A stretch of DNA of 64,000 nt from Limisphaerales bacterium (GTDB lineage: Bacteria > Verrucomicrobiota > Verrucomicrobiia > Limisphaerales > JAJOIW01): the NCBI GenBank assembly GCA_965657355.1, contig CBFHOE010000002.1, positions 347,856 to 411,855 of the forward strand. The letters run 5' to 3'. Below, piece after piece: positions 48,409 through 58,536 of the stretch (position 1 is the stretch's first letter; the number at the start of each line of letters is the position of its first letter). The notes under the pieces were generated by a model that saw only the letters and a program-made list of their open reading frames with translations, made no database searches and was not told the DNA's origin. A program made the translations under genes and the position numbers.

Positions 48409-48865
48409 TTTGAGTTAAAAATTAAATAGCTTAGTTATTGATTTTAAATATCAGGGCTCCCAAGCAAACGATGCCAATTACAAAAAAGTATCCTTTGAAA
48501 ATACATTAGGACCTCAAACTCATATTACAGAAGCTTAAACCAGTGCAAATTTGCACTATTTATCAAAGTTTAATAACAGAGCTCAATGAGTCATAAAAAC
48601 AATCGACAATTTTATTTGATTATATAAGAGCCGTCTTAGTTGGCAGAAAAATAAAAAATACATTCCGTTCAAATGCTGGTTTTATTGACATGGGAGCCTT
48701 GATAACAACGTGCCTTTACCAACATTTCCCGAACCTAGAACAATGACAATGCTCCTTTTTTTCCCGGAGCTCCCGTCATTAAATTTGTCTTTTTATCGTT
48801 ATTCATAAACAGAATGTGCGGTTCAGTCTGATTATTGAATATATTTTTTATTATCCCCCCCCAGC

Positions 48866-48889
48866 TTGAGAATGCGTTATCATTCTCAA
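48866..48889. promoter_or_regulatory. Fur-box-like palindrome TTGAGAATG-CGTTAT-CATTCTCAA
   Basis: Perfect 9-bp arms. The half-site GAGAATG resembles the Fur-box half GATAATG and shares TGAGAAT with the box at 46391. Confidence 0.4.
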
Positions 48890-49401
48890 AATAAAACAAC
48901 CATACGTCAATCTTATTTTTATAATTGGAAATGATGGGGTTTCAGTTGGAGTCCTACGATTCCAAAAGGGACTGAAGCCGTATTGAAAATGGGTCATACG
49001 AAGAAGCGAGCAGCGCCAATGACTGAAGTTTGAGGTAAAAAGAAAAAGCTTTTGGGTGGCGAAAACTATTTATCCAGGATCCCGAAGCAGAGGAAAACCC
49101 TGGCCGTTCCCAATTTTTTTTCGTTCAAAAAAAACTTGGTGCACTAAATCCTGATAATGAATAATAGAAAAGACTCTAATATGATCCTTAATTAAAGGAG
49201 CGTTGCCTCTGATCGAATTCATAGATATTGGCTTGATAGCCAAAATTAGCAGATTCAAGATATACTCTGTTCTTTTTATGGAGAATCGCAGACTGGTCAA
49301 TGTGATGAGAACCTAATTACAGATAAGCCTCACCCATTAAGGACGAACTGAGTTAATTGACCTTCAACTTGTAACACTTCCTTTTGAAAGAATAATAGGT
49401 T

Positions 49402-50988
49402 CTAGGAGGGCTTTACAGCCGGATTCCCAGACTCAATAACGAAACGAGCACGCGTAAAGGTCTTCCCCCCCGGCTTTACCACATCGTTGACAACTTTGTA
49501 ATCACTAACCCAATGTTTTGGGGTGACTGTACATAAAATATATCCACGTTCTCGATTGTGATATTTAATACACGGATTGGCAGCCTTGAGGGCGTCTAAA
49601 CCTGATGGTTTATCGACTCCGTTACCACCGCTTGAGAGTGAAGTACATACGAATTCTGAAGCCACTGGGGCTAGATCGGGTTTTCTATCATCGAACCTGA
49701 GATCGTTGGCCCAGTTTGAGTGAATGTCACCGGTCAAAACCACAGGGTTAGGAATTTTCCGGTCAGAAATGAACTCCAAAACTCTGCGGCGTTCATCTGT
49801 ATAACCCGGCCATTGATCCATTGAATAATTTAGTCCTGAATCCGTTGGTCGACCAACCATACCCATCATGACTTGTTGCGCTAAAACATTCCAATTTGAT
49901 CGAGAATCAATCAAAGACCGGTATAGCCAATTTCTCTGGTTGGCGCCGAGTAAAGTATTTTCTGGAGCAAGTGCAGCGGCATTGAGTGGTGATCTACGAT
50001 CATCGTTCGGCTGGTCTGTGCGGTATTGGCGCGTGTCGAGAACGAGTAGTTCGGCAAGCCGTCCGAATGAGGCTTTTCGATAAAGTTGAAGATGTGGACC
50101 TTTAGGCAGTGAACGTTTTCTCAAAGGCATCATTTCATAGTAGGCCTGATAAGCATTAGCTCTTCTTCGCAGGTAGGCCACTGGATCGACATCTTTTTCT
50201 TCTGAGATTCCATTCGCGCAGTTGTTATCGAATTCATGGTCGTCCCATGTGACAAGCCAGGGGCATTTCGCATGCATACCATGGAGCAATGGATCCGAAC
50301 GGTATTGTGAATACCTAACACGGTACTGATCCAGGGATTCAATCTCTGGTCCTAAATGGGTTCGGACATTACCATTCTGCCCTGACTTATACTCATAGAT
50401 GTAGTCTCCCAGGTGAAATACGAGATCGACTTCGTCCTTTGCCATTTGCTCATAGGCTGTAAACAATCCCTGTTCAAAATTTTGGCAGGATGTCATAGCG
50501 AATTTTAATTTATCTGGCGAGCTAGAGGCTTCAGGAAAAGTGCGAGTGCGCCCAACTGGACTCACTGCATCACCAGACATAAATCGATACCAATACCAAC
50601 GATCTGGTTTTAACCCCCCAGCTTCCACATGGACAGAATGACCCAACTGCGGTGTGGCGATTGTTTTTCCGTCTTTCACAACCTTTGAAAAACTCTCATC
50701 TTCTGAAAGCTGCCACCGAACCTCAACTGGCTTCGTCCTCATTCCTCCCCCTGCTTCAAGAGGCCTTGGTGCAAGTTTAGTCCATAGAACAATACTATGA
50801 CTATCAGGGTCTCCAGAGGCGACACCAAGCGTAAAAGGATACGAATCAAACCGGGGTCGCCCTTGAGCGCTAGCAGCTCTCCCCAGCAGAGGTATCGAGG
50901 CAAGAGCAGCACCGTAGTGTAAAAAAAGCCGGCGAGAAACTCCGCCTTCATGACGAATTGAACGTTCTATATCAAATGAAGAATTCAT
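49402..50988 (-). CDS. phoD: PhoD-family alkaline phosphatase/phosphodiesterase (Tat signal)
   Basis: SRRLFLHYGAALASIPLLG leader, FTLGVASGDP, HLGDYIYE, WDDHEF and GDIHSNW motifs. Confidence 0.9.
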   Translation of the reverse strand: MNSSFDIERSIRHEGGVSRRLFLHYGAALASIPLLGRAASAQGRPRFDSYPFTLGVASGDPDSHSIVLWTKLAPRPLEAGGGMRTKPVEVRWQLSEDESFSKVVKDGKTIATPQLGHSVHVEAGGLKPDRWYWYRFMSGDAVSPVGRTRTFPEASSSPDKLKFAMTSCQNFEQGLFTAYEQMAKDEVDLVFHLGDYIYEYKSGQNGNVRTHLGPEIESLDQYRVRYSQYRSDPLLHGMHAKCPWLVTWDDHEFDNNCANGISEEKDVDPVAYLRRRANAYQAYYEMMPLRKRSLPKGPHLQLYRKASFGRLAELLVLDTRQYRTDQPNDDRRSPLNAAALAPENTLLGANQRNWLYRSLIDSRSNWNVLAQQVMMGMVGRPTDSGLNYSMDQWPGYTDERRRVLEFISDRKIPNPVVLTGDIHSNWANDLRFDDRKPDLAPVASEFVCTSLSSGGNGVDKPSGLDALKAANPCIKYHNRERGYILCTVTPKHWVSDYKVVNDVVKPGGKTFTRARFVIESGNPAVKPS

Positions 50989-51406
50989 TTAGGCTATGAT
51001 AAGTGTATAGTAAATAGATAGGCAAGTGAGCTTTTTAACAAGGCAAACACTATTTCTAATTACCTCTCAGCTATTTCGAAATCAAATCAAAAACCATTAA
51101 AAGCCAAATTCATTTTTTCAAGAAAAGGGATAATACTCGAACGGATAAAAAAGCCTAAATAAGGCAATCCTTGAAGAAGGCAAAACGAAATTTATCAAAT
51201 TGTCCCCATAGTATTTAATAACAATATTAATACAATGGCGAAATCCAATACCCTCTACAAATCGGTATGACTATTTGAAACCAAAGCGAGCATGCAGGTC
51301 AGATTCAATCGGGCTAATCTTACTGATATTTGGGGAAGGTATTACGATCAGGGATATCAAAATACAAATTCGCAATCAAAAAGCATTAGCTCTAACATGT
51401 AGGACT

Positions 51407-52723
51407 TTACTCCGGTTTCCCCCATTCGTATGTGGGTGAATATCCAACATCCCAATTGTGATCGAATCGTCTTCGAGTAGTTTTACCGAAAAACCTCCAT
51501 TCAGCGAACTCAAGCATGGCGTTCCAATCTTCCTCCAAATTTTCATGGTCGCCAGCTCGAATATGCAACCCGATATTTCCGGGAACACCCAGGAACCTGT
51601 AGACGTGTCTTGCGGATTCGAAAGCCGCTTGGCTCCCGAGGGGGTTTGCCCACCTGTCCTCTTCTGCCTCGGTGGATATGAGAAGCCGGGGTGCCACAAG
51701 AGCATGCAACCAATGCTGATCAAAAGGGAGGTTTTCTGTGCGGCCGCCGAAACGGTGGAAGTCCTTATGAAACCATGAAGCAAATCGTTGCGTACTACTG
51801 ATTGATGCCAAGGTTTCCGCACCAGGGTTTCTGACCCTAAATACGCTCGCACCTCCAGTGCCAGAGCCATTAGGAGCAACCATGGCAAATCTCTCATCCA
51901 TGGCACCAGCAAGCAATGCAGCCTTTCCCATGCGTGAATGACCGCGGACAATCACACACTCCGTCTGAGCGTCGTCTCGGGTTTCGAGATAATCCATCAC
52001 GCGGCTGGCACTCCACGCCCACACCGCTAGCGCCCCCCAATCATAAGCCGGGTATGCAAGTTGGGCAGGACCAACAACGTCTTTTCCTTCCAGGTCGGGA
52101 TCCAGGTCGAGTTCTGGCGAGCACGTCATCATCATAAATCCACGGTCCAGAGCTAATTTTGCTTTCGAAGAATCATCACCGATGTTTACAACGACAGGGA
52201 ATGGCCCGTCCCCAGCTGGCCGGTAAACATTAACTGACATCTCTAAAGAGTGTCCTATACCGCTATTGAGAGCCAATTTGACAAGTATGATCTCTCCCCC
52301 CTGCCAAGCTTTTCGAGAAATGACTCTCGCGGACCAGTCATCGGGAGCTGGCGGCATACGGCCGTATTCATACTCAAGCAGAATATCCTTTATCTCAAGA
52401 CGCCTAGCCGCCCACTCCTTTTGATCGCGAACACGCTGCCCATTAGCAAAGAGAAAAGGATCAGGAAGCTCTTTCATTTCTGGTAAGTCTTCCACTGAGT
52501 GAACCACCAATTGTGGCTTCACAGAACCAGGGTTACGACACCCTAAAATAAATATTAACGAAAAAAGGAGACAATAAATTAACGATTTCAGCTCACCCGG
52601 ACGATACCCTGGAGCCCTCGAATTTCTCTTTCTGAATAATAAACGGAATGGGCAGAGAACCGAATGTAAATCATATGATTCAGTATCCGCGTCCGATTTT
52701 TCTGTATGAAGGCACTCTTTCAT
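51407..52723 (-). CDS. Alpha/beta-hydrolase, glucuronoyl esterase (CE15)-like lipoprotein; true start probably downstream of 52723
   Basis: GHSRMGKAAL nucleophile-elbow block resembles the CE15 G-x-S-R-x-G motif. Lipobox ILGC. Confidence 0.6.
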   Translation of the reverse strand: MKECLHTEKSDADTESYDLHSVLCPFRLLFRKRNSRAPGYRPGELKSLIYCLLFSLIFILGCRNPGSVKPQLVVHSVEDLPEMKELPDPFLFANGQRVRDQKEWAARRLEIKDILLEYEYGRMPPAPDDWSARVISRKAWQGGEIILVKLALNSGIGHSLEMSVNVYRPAGDGPFPVVVNIGDDSSKAKLALDRGFMMMTCSPELDLDPDLEGKDVVGPAQLAYPAYDWGALAVWAWSASRVMDYLETRDDAQTECVIVRGHSRMGKAALLAGAMDERFAMVAPNGSGTGGASVFRVRNPGAETLASISSTQRFASWFHKDFHRFGGRTENLPFDQHWLHALVAPRLLISTEAEEDRWANPLGSQAAFESARHVYRFLGVPGNIGLHIRAGDHENLEEDWNAMLEFAEWRFFGKTTRRRFDHNWDVGYSPTYEWGKPE

Positions 52724-53067
52724 ATTACTGATCGTATGTCTTGCAGGCTACCTGATTTACTAACTTCATCACGAATTTCATCCACCATTATTTTAAAATA
52801 ATTATGGTTTATCTCATTTCAGAAAGTTCAGGCCAAAATAAATCCTCGGTGCCCCCTTGGAATATTTTCTGATCTCATTCTTTACAATGCTTGATTTTAA
52901 AGAAACAACCATGGATTTATTTTGATTTGAAGTAATACCAACTGTTCTCTTTCGATCTAAAGTGGACATATGCTAAGAGATCCCGAAAGAAAAACGGATA
53001 AAATTTCATTCATGAATTTTAGAATGAGTCGGACATCATCGTGCCCTGGTTTGGGAACTCAGGGTAT

Positions 53068-53424
53068 TGGTGGAGGCGGGGGGAGTTGAACCCCCGTCCT
53101 TGGTTAAACGAATCAGAGACCTCTACATGCTTAGTCGGGAATTGCTAATCCTGGTGACATACTTCCCGACAGGCCGGCACCCGGATTTGTCCGCATGAAA
53201 AGATTCGGCATTGGGCGCGCGGTCCCCGCTTTGAGCCTAACCGACTAATCGTCGTCCAAATACACTAGTCGGTGTCGAGTATTGGACGTCGTGGCATTAA
53301 TTAAGCCGCGAGAGCGTATTCTTCGTTAGCAGTTATTGCTTGAACCGATGATTAACGAGGCCAACGGCTCATCCTCGACATGCAATCAAAGATCAATCCA
53401 ACAAGTCGAAACCATTTCGCCCCC
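53068..53424 (-). ncRNA. ssrA: tmRNA (transfer-messenger RNA)
   Basis: The minus strand reads 5' GGGGGCGAAATGGTTTCGAC ... GGACGGGGGTTCAACTCCCCCCGCCTCCACCA 3', 357 nt in total. The internal tag ORF is GCU AAC GAA GAA UAC GCU CUC GCG GCU UAA (ANEEYALAA). Confidence 0.9.
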
Positions 53425-53749
53425 AATGAACCGTCTTATGATTATCCACAAGTCGGATAATGCAGCGGTTTGGTGTGATTTTAAATCTTCTTTACCACAC
53501 ACCAGGATTTGGAAAGCTCATCTTCTCCTACTCCTTAAATCGCCTTATGATAAGCGAAAGCTAATATTAAATTGAACCTTGTTTAGTGGCGAGGAAAATA
53601 GTCGTATTTATCCTGCTGGCTGGTGGCGGTGTGGCTCACAGTCATTTATTTTCTTTTTTAAAATGGTCGAACTTCAAATTGATTACGGTCCGAGTTCTAG
53701 TCATCAGTCCTACACCCTGAAAAGTGTCATTTGTTGGATTAGCAAAAAC

Positions 53750-55141
53750 TTAAACAATGAATTTTTGTTTTTCCACCGGGATTTGGACATCCGGGAATCC
53801 ATGGTCATGGAGAGTCTGAGCAAAGGGTTCTTGTTGATCTAATTCACCGTGCACCAAAAATGTTTTTGAGGGCTTTTTCTTGAAGCGCCCGCAATAATTC
53901 AGAAGTTCATCTTTATCAGCATGAGCGCTCAATCCGCTGATAGTAGCAACTCGAGCCCGCAGAGGATATTTATCTCCAAAAATTCTAATTTCGGGTCTTT
54001 TTTCCACAATGCGACGACCAAGGGTATGAGGAGCCATAAACCCAGAAGCGAGTATTGTATTTTTATCAGAAGGAGCGATGTGCTTTAGGTGATGAAGAAC
54101 CCGGCCCGCCTCGCACATTCCAGAGGAAGATATAAGAACGTATGGAAAATCTATTTTTGCGATGGCTTTTGAGGCTTCGACCTGACGAATGTAGGTCAAT
54201 TTTTCAAAACCAAATGGGTCATTATTTTTCTGAACCAAAGCGTATGCATCATCGTCGTAGCATTCCCTGTGTTTGCGAAAAACGTCCGTAACATTTGATG
54301 ACAATGGGCTGTCCACGAAAACGGCTAGATCATCAATCTCTCCTGTACTTACTAAATCATTCAAATGATATACAAGCATTTGCGTTCTACCCACGCTAAA
54401 AGCCGGCATTAAAATTCGCCCGCCGGCCTCTACAGTTTCAGTCACAACTTTTTTAATGTGGTTTCGCACGTCGATTGTCGGGCCGTGCTGCCTATTTCCA
54501 TAGGTGGATTCACAAATAAAAATATCAGCCTCGGTCGGCGGCACAGGGTCTTTTAAGATGACCCGGTCAAAACGCCCAACATCACCCGAAAAAACAATCC
54601 GCTTTGTTTTTCCATTGTCATCGATATCCAAATGGCATGAAGCAGAGCCCAGGATGTGACCGGCCTCTTCAAAACGCACGCGTACACCGTCAGTCACATC
54701 TACCCATTCGTCATAAGGATGCCCTTCAAATTGAGAGAGGCATTTTTCTGCATCTGCAAATGTGTAGAGAGGATCAAATAAGGATTGGCCTTTTCGTGCT
54801 CTCTTTTTGTTCACATATTGGACGTCTTTTTCCTGGATGTGGGCGGAGTCTTTTAGCATGCAGTAGCATAATGACGAAGTTGCACTGGTGCAGATGATCT
54901 TTCCATTAAATCCAGCCTTTGCTAGTTGAGGTAAATTACCGCTGTGGTCTATGTGGGCATGAGATAATACGACAGCGTCGATAGTGGAAGGATCAAACGG
55001 GAGCTCTCGATTCTTTTTCCAGGATTCTTTTCTCTTTCCCTGGAACAAACCAAAATCCAGAAGAATTCTTGATCGCCCGTTATCGATAAGGTGACACGAA
55101 CCCGTAACAGTGCCGGCCGCACCAAAAAACTGGATAAACAT
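53750..55141 (-). CDS. MBL-fold beta-CASP family RNA-metabolising hydrolase
   Basis: HAHIDHSG motif plus beta-CASP blocks (ESTYG, SGMCEAGRVLHH, SAHAD). 463 aa. Confidence 0.85.
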   Translation of the reverse strand: MFIQFFGAAGTVTGSCHLIDNGRSRILLDFGLFQGKRKESWKKNRELPFDPSTIDAVVLSHAHIDHSGNLPQLAKAGFNGKIICTSATSSLCYCMLKDSAHIQEKDVQYVNKKRARKGQSLFDPLYTFADAEKCLSQFEGHPYDEWVDVTDGVRVRFEEAGHILGSASCHLDIDDNGKTKRIVFSGDVGRFDRVILKDPVPPTEADIFICESTYGNRQHGPTIDVRNHIKKVVTETVEAGGRILMPAFSVGRTQMLVYHLNDLVSTGEIDDLAVFVDSPLSSNVTDVFRKHRECYDDDAYALVQKNNDPFGFEKLTYIRQVEASKAIAKIDFPYVLISSSGMCEAGRVLHHLKHIAPSDKNTILASGFMAPHTLGRRIVEKRPEIRIFGDKYPLRARVATISGLSAHADKDELLNYCGRFKKKPSKTFLVHGELDQQEPFAQTLHDHGFPDVQIPVEKQKFIV

Positions 55142-55338
55142 ATTTTCAATATAAAGTGAAATAATAGTTTAATCAATGAGATTGAGTTATCACCGTATTC
55201 GCATACACCTCACACCAATTTCTGCTCCGTATCAAAAAAGGATAAAACAAAAACCTAGACGCCCCATATGTGAAAACTTTGTTTGATTATGAAAAGCAAT
55301 CTCGACAACCCACTTTTTTATAAATATCAACCGTTCAT

Positions 55339-56172
55339 CTAATAAGCACTGTAATTGACGCCGCTAGGTTGACTGCGAACCGTTTTCTTTGGAATCATAC
55401 TCGGAGTAGGTATCGGACTGTCACTAAAAAATTTCCATAAAGATATATCCAAATCTTTTGGAGCTAAGTTAGCTTCCAGAAATGCTGACCCTGGTCGAAT
55501 CCTTGCACGATCATTCTGATTCCAAAAAATCTGCCTGGTCACTACCGAGCCACTGACATTTCCTCTGAGGACGAGTCCGGAGTAGGCATAGATACTCGGC
55601 ATGGAATATGAATCTTGACGAATACCATGCAATTGGCACGCTACGACACCAGCGTCCTTTTTACCATATTTAATCAGGGCGTCCCAGGTTCTTTGCCTGA
55701 GATGAAATGGGTGGAGGTAACTGAAATCAATAGGCTGAGGGAATGGGTTTCCCACACGTGATGGTTCGCTATTCGGACTCATACCGGGAGGACCAGAACT
55801 CGCTTTCTCATTCATGCTGGCCAAAAGAGATGGACCTTCAGCTACCAAGCCTCCCCAGTTACCTATTTTATCACCCGGGCAAGAAAAGATTCCCCGCGTT
55901 GGAAGATAACCCAAACTGTTGAGCTGAATTAAGCTTTTTGGAACCCGGTTTTCATCGTCCAGGAACATCTGTATGGCCATAGATATTTGTCTTAGGTTGC
56001 TGCTGCACTTCGCTATCTGAGCCCGTTTTTTTACATTCAAAGCAGCTGATAGAAACATCGTCGAAAGAACAGCGATAATGGCGATGACAGTCATCAACTC
56101 AATAAGAGTGAACCCATACCTTCTTTCGGCAAATTGAATTCCTGTTCTCTCTTTAAAAGTTTCCTTGATCAT
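55339..56172 (-). CDS. Prepilin-type N-terminal cleavage/methylation domain protein
   Basis: GFTLIELMTVIAIIAVLSTMFL N-terminus. Confidence 0.8.
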   Translation of the reverse strand: MIKETFKERTGIQFAERRYGFTLIELMTVIAIIAVLSTMFLSAALNVKKRAQIAKCSSNLRQISMAIQMFLDDENRVPKSLIQLNSLGYLPTRGIFSCPGDKIGNWGGLVAEGPSLLASMNEKASSGPPGMSPNSEPSRVGNPFPQPIDFSYLHPFHLRQRTWDALIKYGKKDAGVVACQLHGIRQDSYSMPSIYAYSGLVLRGNVSGSVVTRQIFWNQNDRARIRPGSAFLEANLAPKDLDISLWKFFSDSPIPTPSMIPKKTVRSQPSGVNYSAY

Positions 56173-56211
56173 TTTTATGATATATAATTGGTTAAACTGA
56201 CACCTCTCAAA

Positions 56212-57156
56212 TTAAGCGACAACTGCAAATTGCTCGGGATGCCTCCATTGGTGGAATACCTCATCGGGGCTCTCCATAAATTCTATAAACAATTGCTCAA
56301 GACTCAGAGTAAACTCGTTTACCTGAAGACCTGGTGTCTTTCTTAAGTTTTTCAAATATTCATTATCCTGCCATCGAACCAGTGCTGTAACAACTGGGCC
56401 AAGTACTTCCACTTTGAGCGATGAAGGAATTTCTATCTCGTCCTTCGTCACAGGACGGTCGTGTATTATTTGGATTTTTTTAACCTGAGACTGTAGCTCA
56501 TCCATGGAAATTGAGACTGGTATTTTGCCCTCATACATAAATCCAACTTGGTCGGCTAACTTCTCCAAATCAGAGACCTGGTGCGTACTTATAAGGACTG
56601 TTGTCTCTGAGTTGTAGTCAACCAACTCAATGAGTTGTTGGTTAAGTTCTTTTCGAGACATCACATCGAACCCCTCTCCCGGTTCGTCGAGAATCAAAAG
56701 TTCCGGGTTCGAAGCCAGACTCATGACAAAAGCCAATTTCTTTTGCTCTCCATGCGAAAGCCGCCCAATTTTACGCTTCCAAGGTAAATCCCATCGATAA
56801 GCAAGATCGAAGGCCTGGCTGGCATTGAAACGTGAAGAAAGTCGTCCCCAATACCGTGTCAATTCTTCAGGTGACATCCAAAAAGGAAGTTGGAAACTTT
56901 GAGGGACGTATGCTATCTTTTCTCTGATGGATAAAGGGGCTCTCAACGGGTCTTCGCCCAAAGTCCGAAGAGAACCCCCATCCTGATGTAACAACCCTGT
57001 TAAGACGCGCAGAAAAGTTGTTTTTCCTGCGCCATTGCAACCGAGCAATCCATACACCGAACCGCGGTGCACATTGAGGTCTAAACCGTTAAGGATTACA
57101 AGCCCACCTGGGAAGGTTTTGACCAATTGGCTCGCTTCGATTGCAAAATTATTCAT
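56212..57156 (-). CDS. ABC transporter ATP-binding protein (ABC-2/YtrB-like) with C-terminal extension
   Basis: GCNGAGKTT, LSHGEQKKLAF and LILDEPGEG. Its start overlaps the GntR stop (ATGA at 57153-57156). Confidence 0.88.
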   Translation of the reverse strand: MNNFAIEASQLVKTFPGGLVILNGLDLNVHRGSVYGLLGCNGAGKTTFLRVLTGLLHQDGGSLRTLGEDPLRAPLSIREKIAYVPQSFQLPFWMSPEELTRYWGRLSSRFNASQAFDLAYRWDLPWKRKIGRLSHGEQKKLAFVMSLASNPELLILDEPGEGFDVMSRKELNQQLIELVDYNSETTVLISTHQVSDLEKLADQVGFMYEGKIPVSISMDELQSQVKKIQIIHDRPVTKDEIEIPSSLKVEVLGPVVTALVRWQDNEYLKNLRKTPGLQVNEFTLSLEQLFIEFMESPDEVFHQWRHPEQFAVVA

Positions 57157-57605
57157 GGCGAACCTCCGCCAATGATCTTGAGGTTCGGCTCCGGCCCGGG
57201 TTTAACCACTGGGTCGGAATCGACCTCATCAATCACTTGCCCAACTATGTGTTTGATTTGATCGATTGTGTATCCTGCATGTTGAGCTTCCACTAAAATT
57301 GACCGAAGACTGTCATTTAAATGCTTGTCGTAATCTATACCAACCAAGGCATGGGCACCTTCTGTAAGGAACGCTCCTCTACCCCTTCTCATTTCAAGGA
57401 CCCCAGCATGCTCTAACTCATTGTATGCTTTCACGACAGTCTGTGGGTTGACGGCTATTTGTGAGGCTAATTCTCTGATTGAAGGCAGTTGGTCGCCATT
57501 TTCCAATATCCCGACAACAACGTATTTCCTTATCTGATCCATTAACTGCCGGTAAACCGGCAGTCCACTCGAGTCTTCAACCTGAAAATGGAGCTTTTTG
57601 TACAC
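57153..57605 (-). CDS. GntR-family transcriptional regulator (YtrA subfamily)
   Basis: LPSIRELASQIAVNPQTVVKAYNELEHAGVLEMRRGRGAFL wHTH. The effector region is short. Confidence 0.85.
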   Translation of the reverse strand: MYKKLHFQVEDSSGLPVYRQLMDQIRKYVVVGILENGDQLPSIRELASQIAVNPQTVVKAYNELEHAGVLEMRRGRGAFLTEGAHALVGIDYDKHLNDSLRSILVEAQHAGYTIDQIKHIVGQVIDEVDSDPVVKPGPEPNLKIIGGGSP

Positions 57606-57911
57606 TTAATGCCTCTTTTCTTACTTCCCTATGATGAAAACAATTCGTAAAAATTTCCTATCCCCAAATCACCAGTCAAAATTAGCCTATATAAAAACAG
57701 ATGTTTTGGTTTATAAGTGTACTGTAACACCAATACGGTGGTAATCAATCTTGTTTTTATAAATTTTTAATTTTTTCAAGCCTTGAAGCTCCAATTTCAT
57801 TTTTGACTCCGCGATTGAGGAATTATCGAGGGACCAAATTTTAGATAAATAATAAAAAAACTAACATAGCCGGGCTTGACAGAACGCACTTTGCATCACA
57901 AAGTAAGTCAA

Positions 57912-58535
57912 ATGTCTGAGAATTGGGCCAATGAAAATTTGCAAACGATTCGTACGTTGATGGAGCGTACGGCTATATATCGTCGAGCACTTGCCCCAAT
58001 CAGCTTGGTCGCCGGCAGCTTAGGAGTTTTGTCGGGAGCCTTGGCGTGGAGGCTTGGGATAGAGGACCCAAGGAATTTTATTTTTTGGTGGATTGGCACG
58101 GGAGTTTTGGGCGCTTGTATTGGCTTTTTTCAAATGAGGTCTCAGGCAGTGAGAGACCAGGAGGCATTGTTTAGCCTGCCAACACGAAGAGTCTTACAAG
58201 CCATGAGTCCAACTTTCCTATCCGGAATCATTGTCTCAATTGTATTTTTAGCTCTGGATTTTGGCCGTGACGTGGGCGTGACGATTTTACCCATTATTTG
58301 GATGCTTTTTTTTGGTAGTGCATTGCACTCAGCAGGATTTTTCATGAAGCGAGGTATAAGACTTCTTGGATGGATTTTCATAGCCACTGCAATCGTAGAC
58401 CTGCTGCTAATGGCCAATTTTGAAGAATTAAGGGAAAACACTAATATAAGCCATTTTATGATGGCGACCGTGTTCGGTGGATACAATTTGGCCTATTGCT
58501 TCTACTTATATGCCACTGAAAAGGAGGAAGTATAA
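57912..58535 (+). CDS. Hypothetical polytopic membrane protein (ORF track starts at TTG 57876; ATG at 57912 preferred)
   Basis: Five to six hydrophobic helices. The stop lies 1 nt before the next gene's ATG. Confidence 0.55.
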   Translation: MSENWANENLQTIRTLMERTAIYRRALAPISLVAGSLGVLSGALAWRLGIEDPRNFIFWWIGTGVLGACIGFFQMRSQAVRDQEALFSLPTRRVLQAMSPTFLSGIIVSIVFLALDFGRDVGVTILPIIWMLFFGSALHSAGFFMKRGIRLLGWIFIATAIVDLLLMANFEELRENTNISHFMMATVFGGYNLAYCFYLYATEKEEV

Positions 58536-58536
58536 A

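Noticed and set aside
51376-51951. Listed 191-aa minus-strand ORF.
   Set aside because: It is an out-of-frame overlap with the 438-aa esterase-like ORF, which carries the GHSRMGK hydrolase motif.
49402-53067. Possible genomic island inserted at the 3' end of ssrA (the PhoD and CE15-like genes looked GC-richer).
   Set aside because: I found no integrase, no direct repeat of the tmRNA 3' end and no mobile-element genes. My hand counts of a few 60-nt lines gave 30-55% GC scattered all over the window, so I cannot support a compositional boundary without a proper sliding-window calculation.
53336-53575. Listed 79-aa ORF.
   Set aside because: It overlaps the tmRNA gene on the opposite strand and has no protein-like features.
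57717-57730. GTGTACTGTAACAC as a GntR (GT-Nx-AC) operator upstream of the YtrA-type operon.
   Set aside because: The arms are only 4 bp long, which is too weak to call without comparative support.
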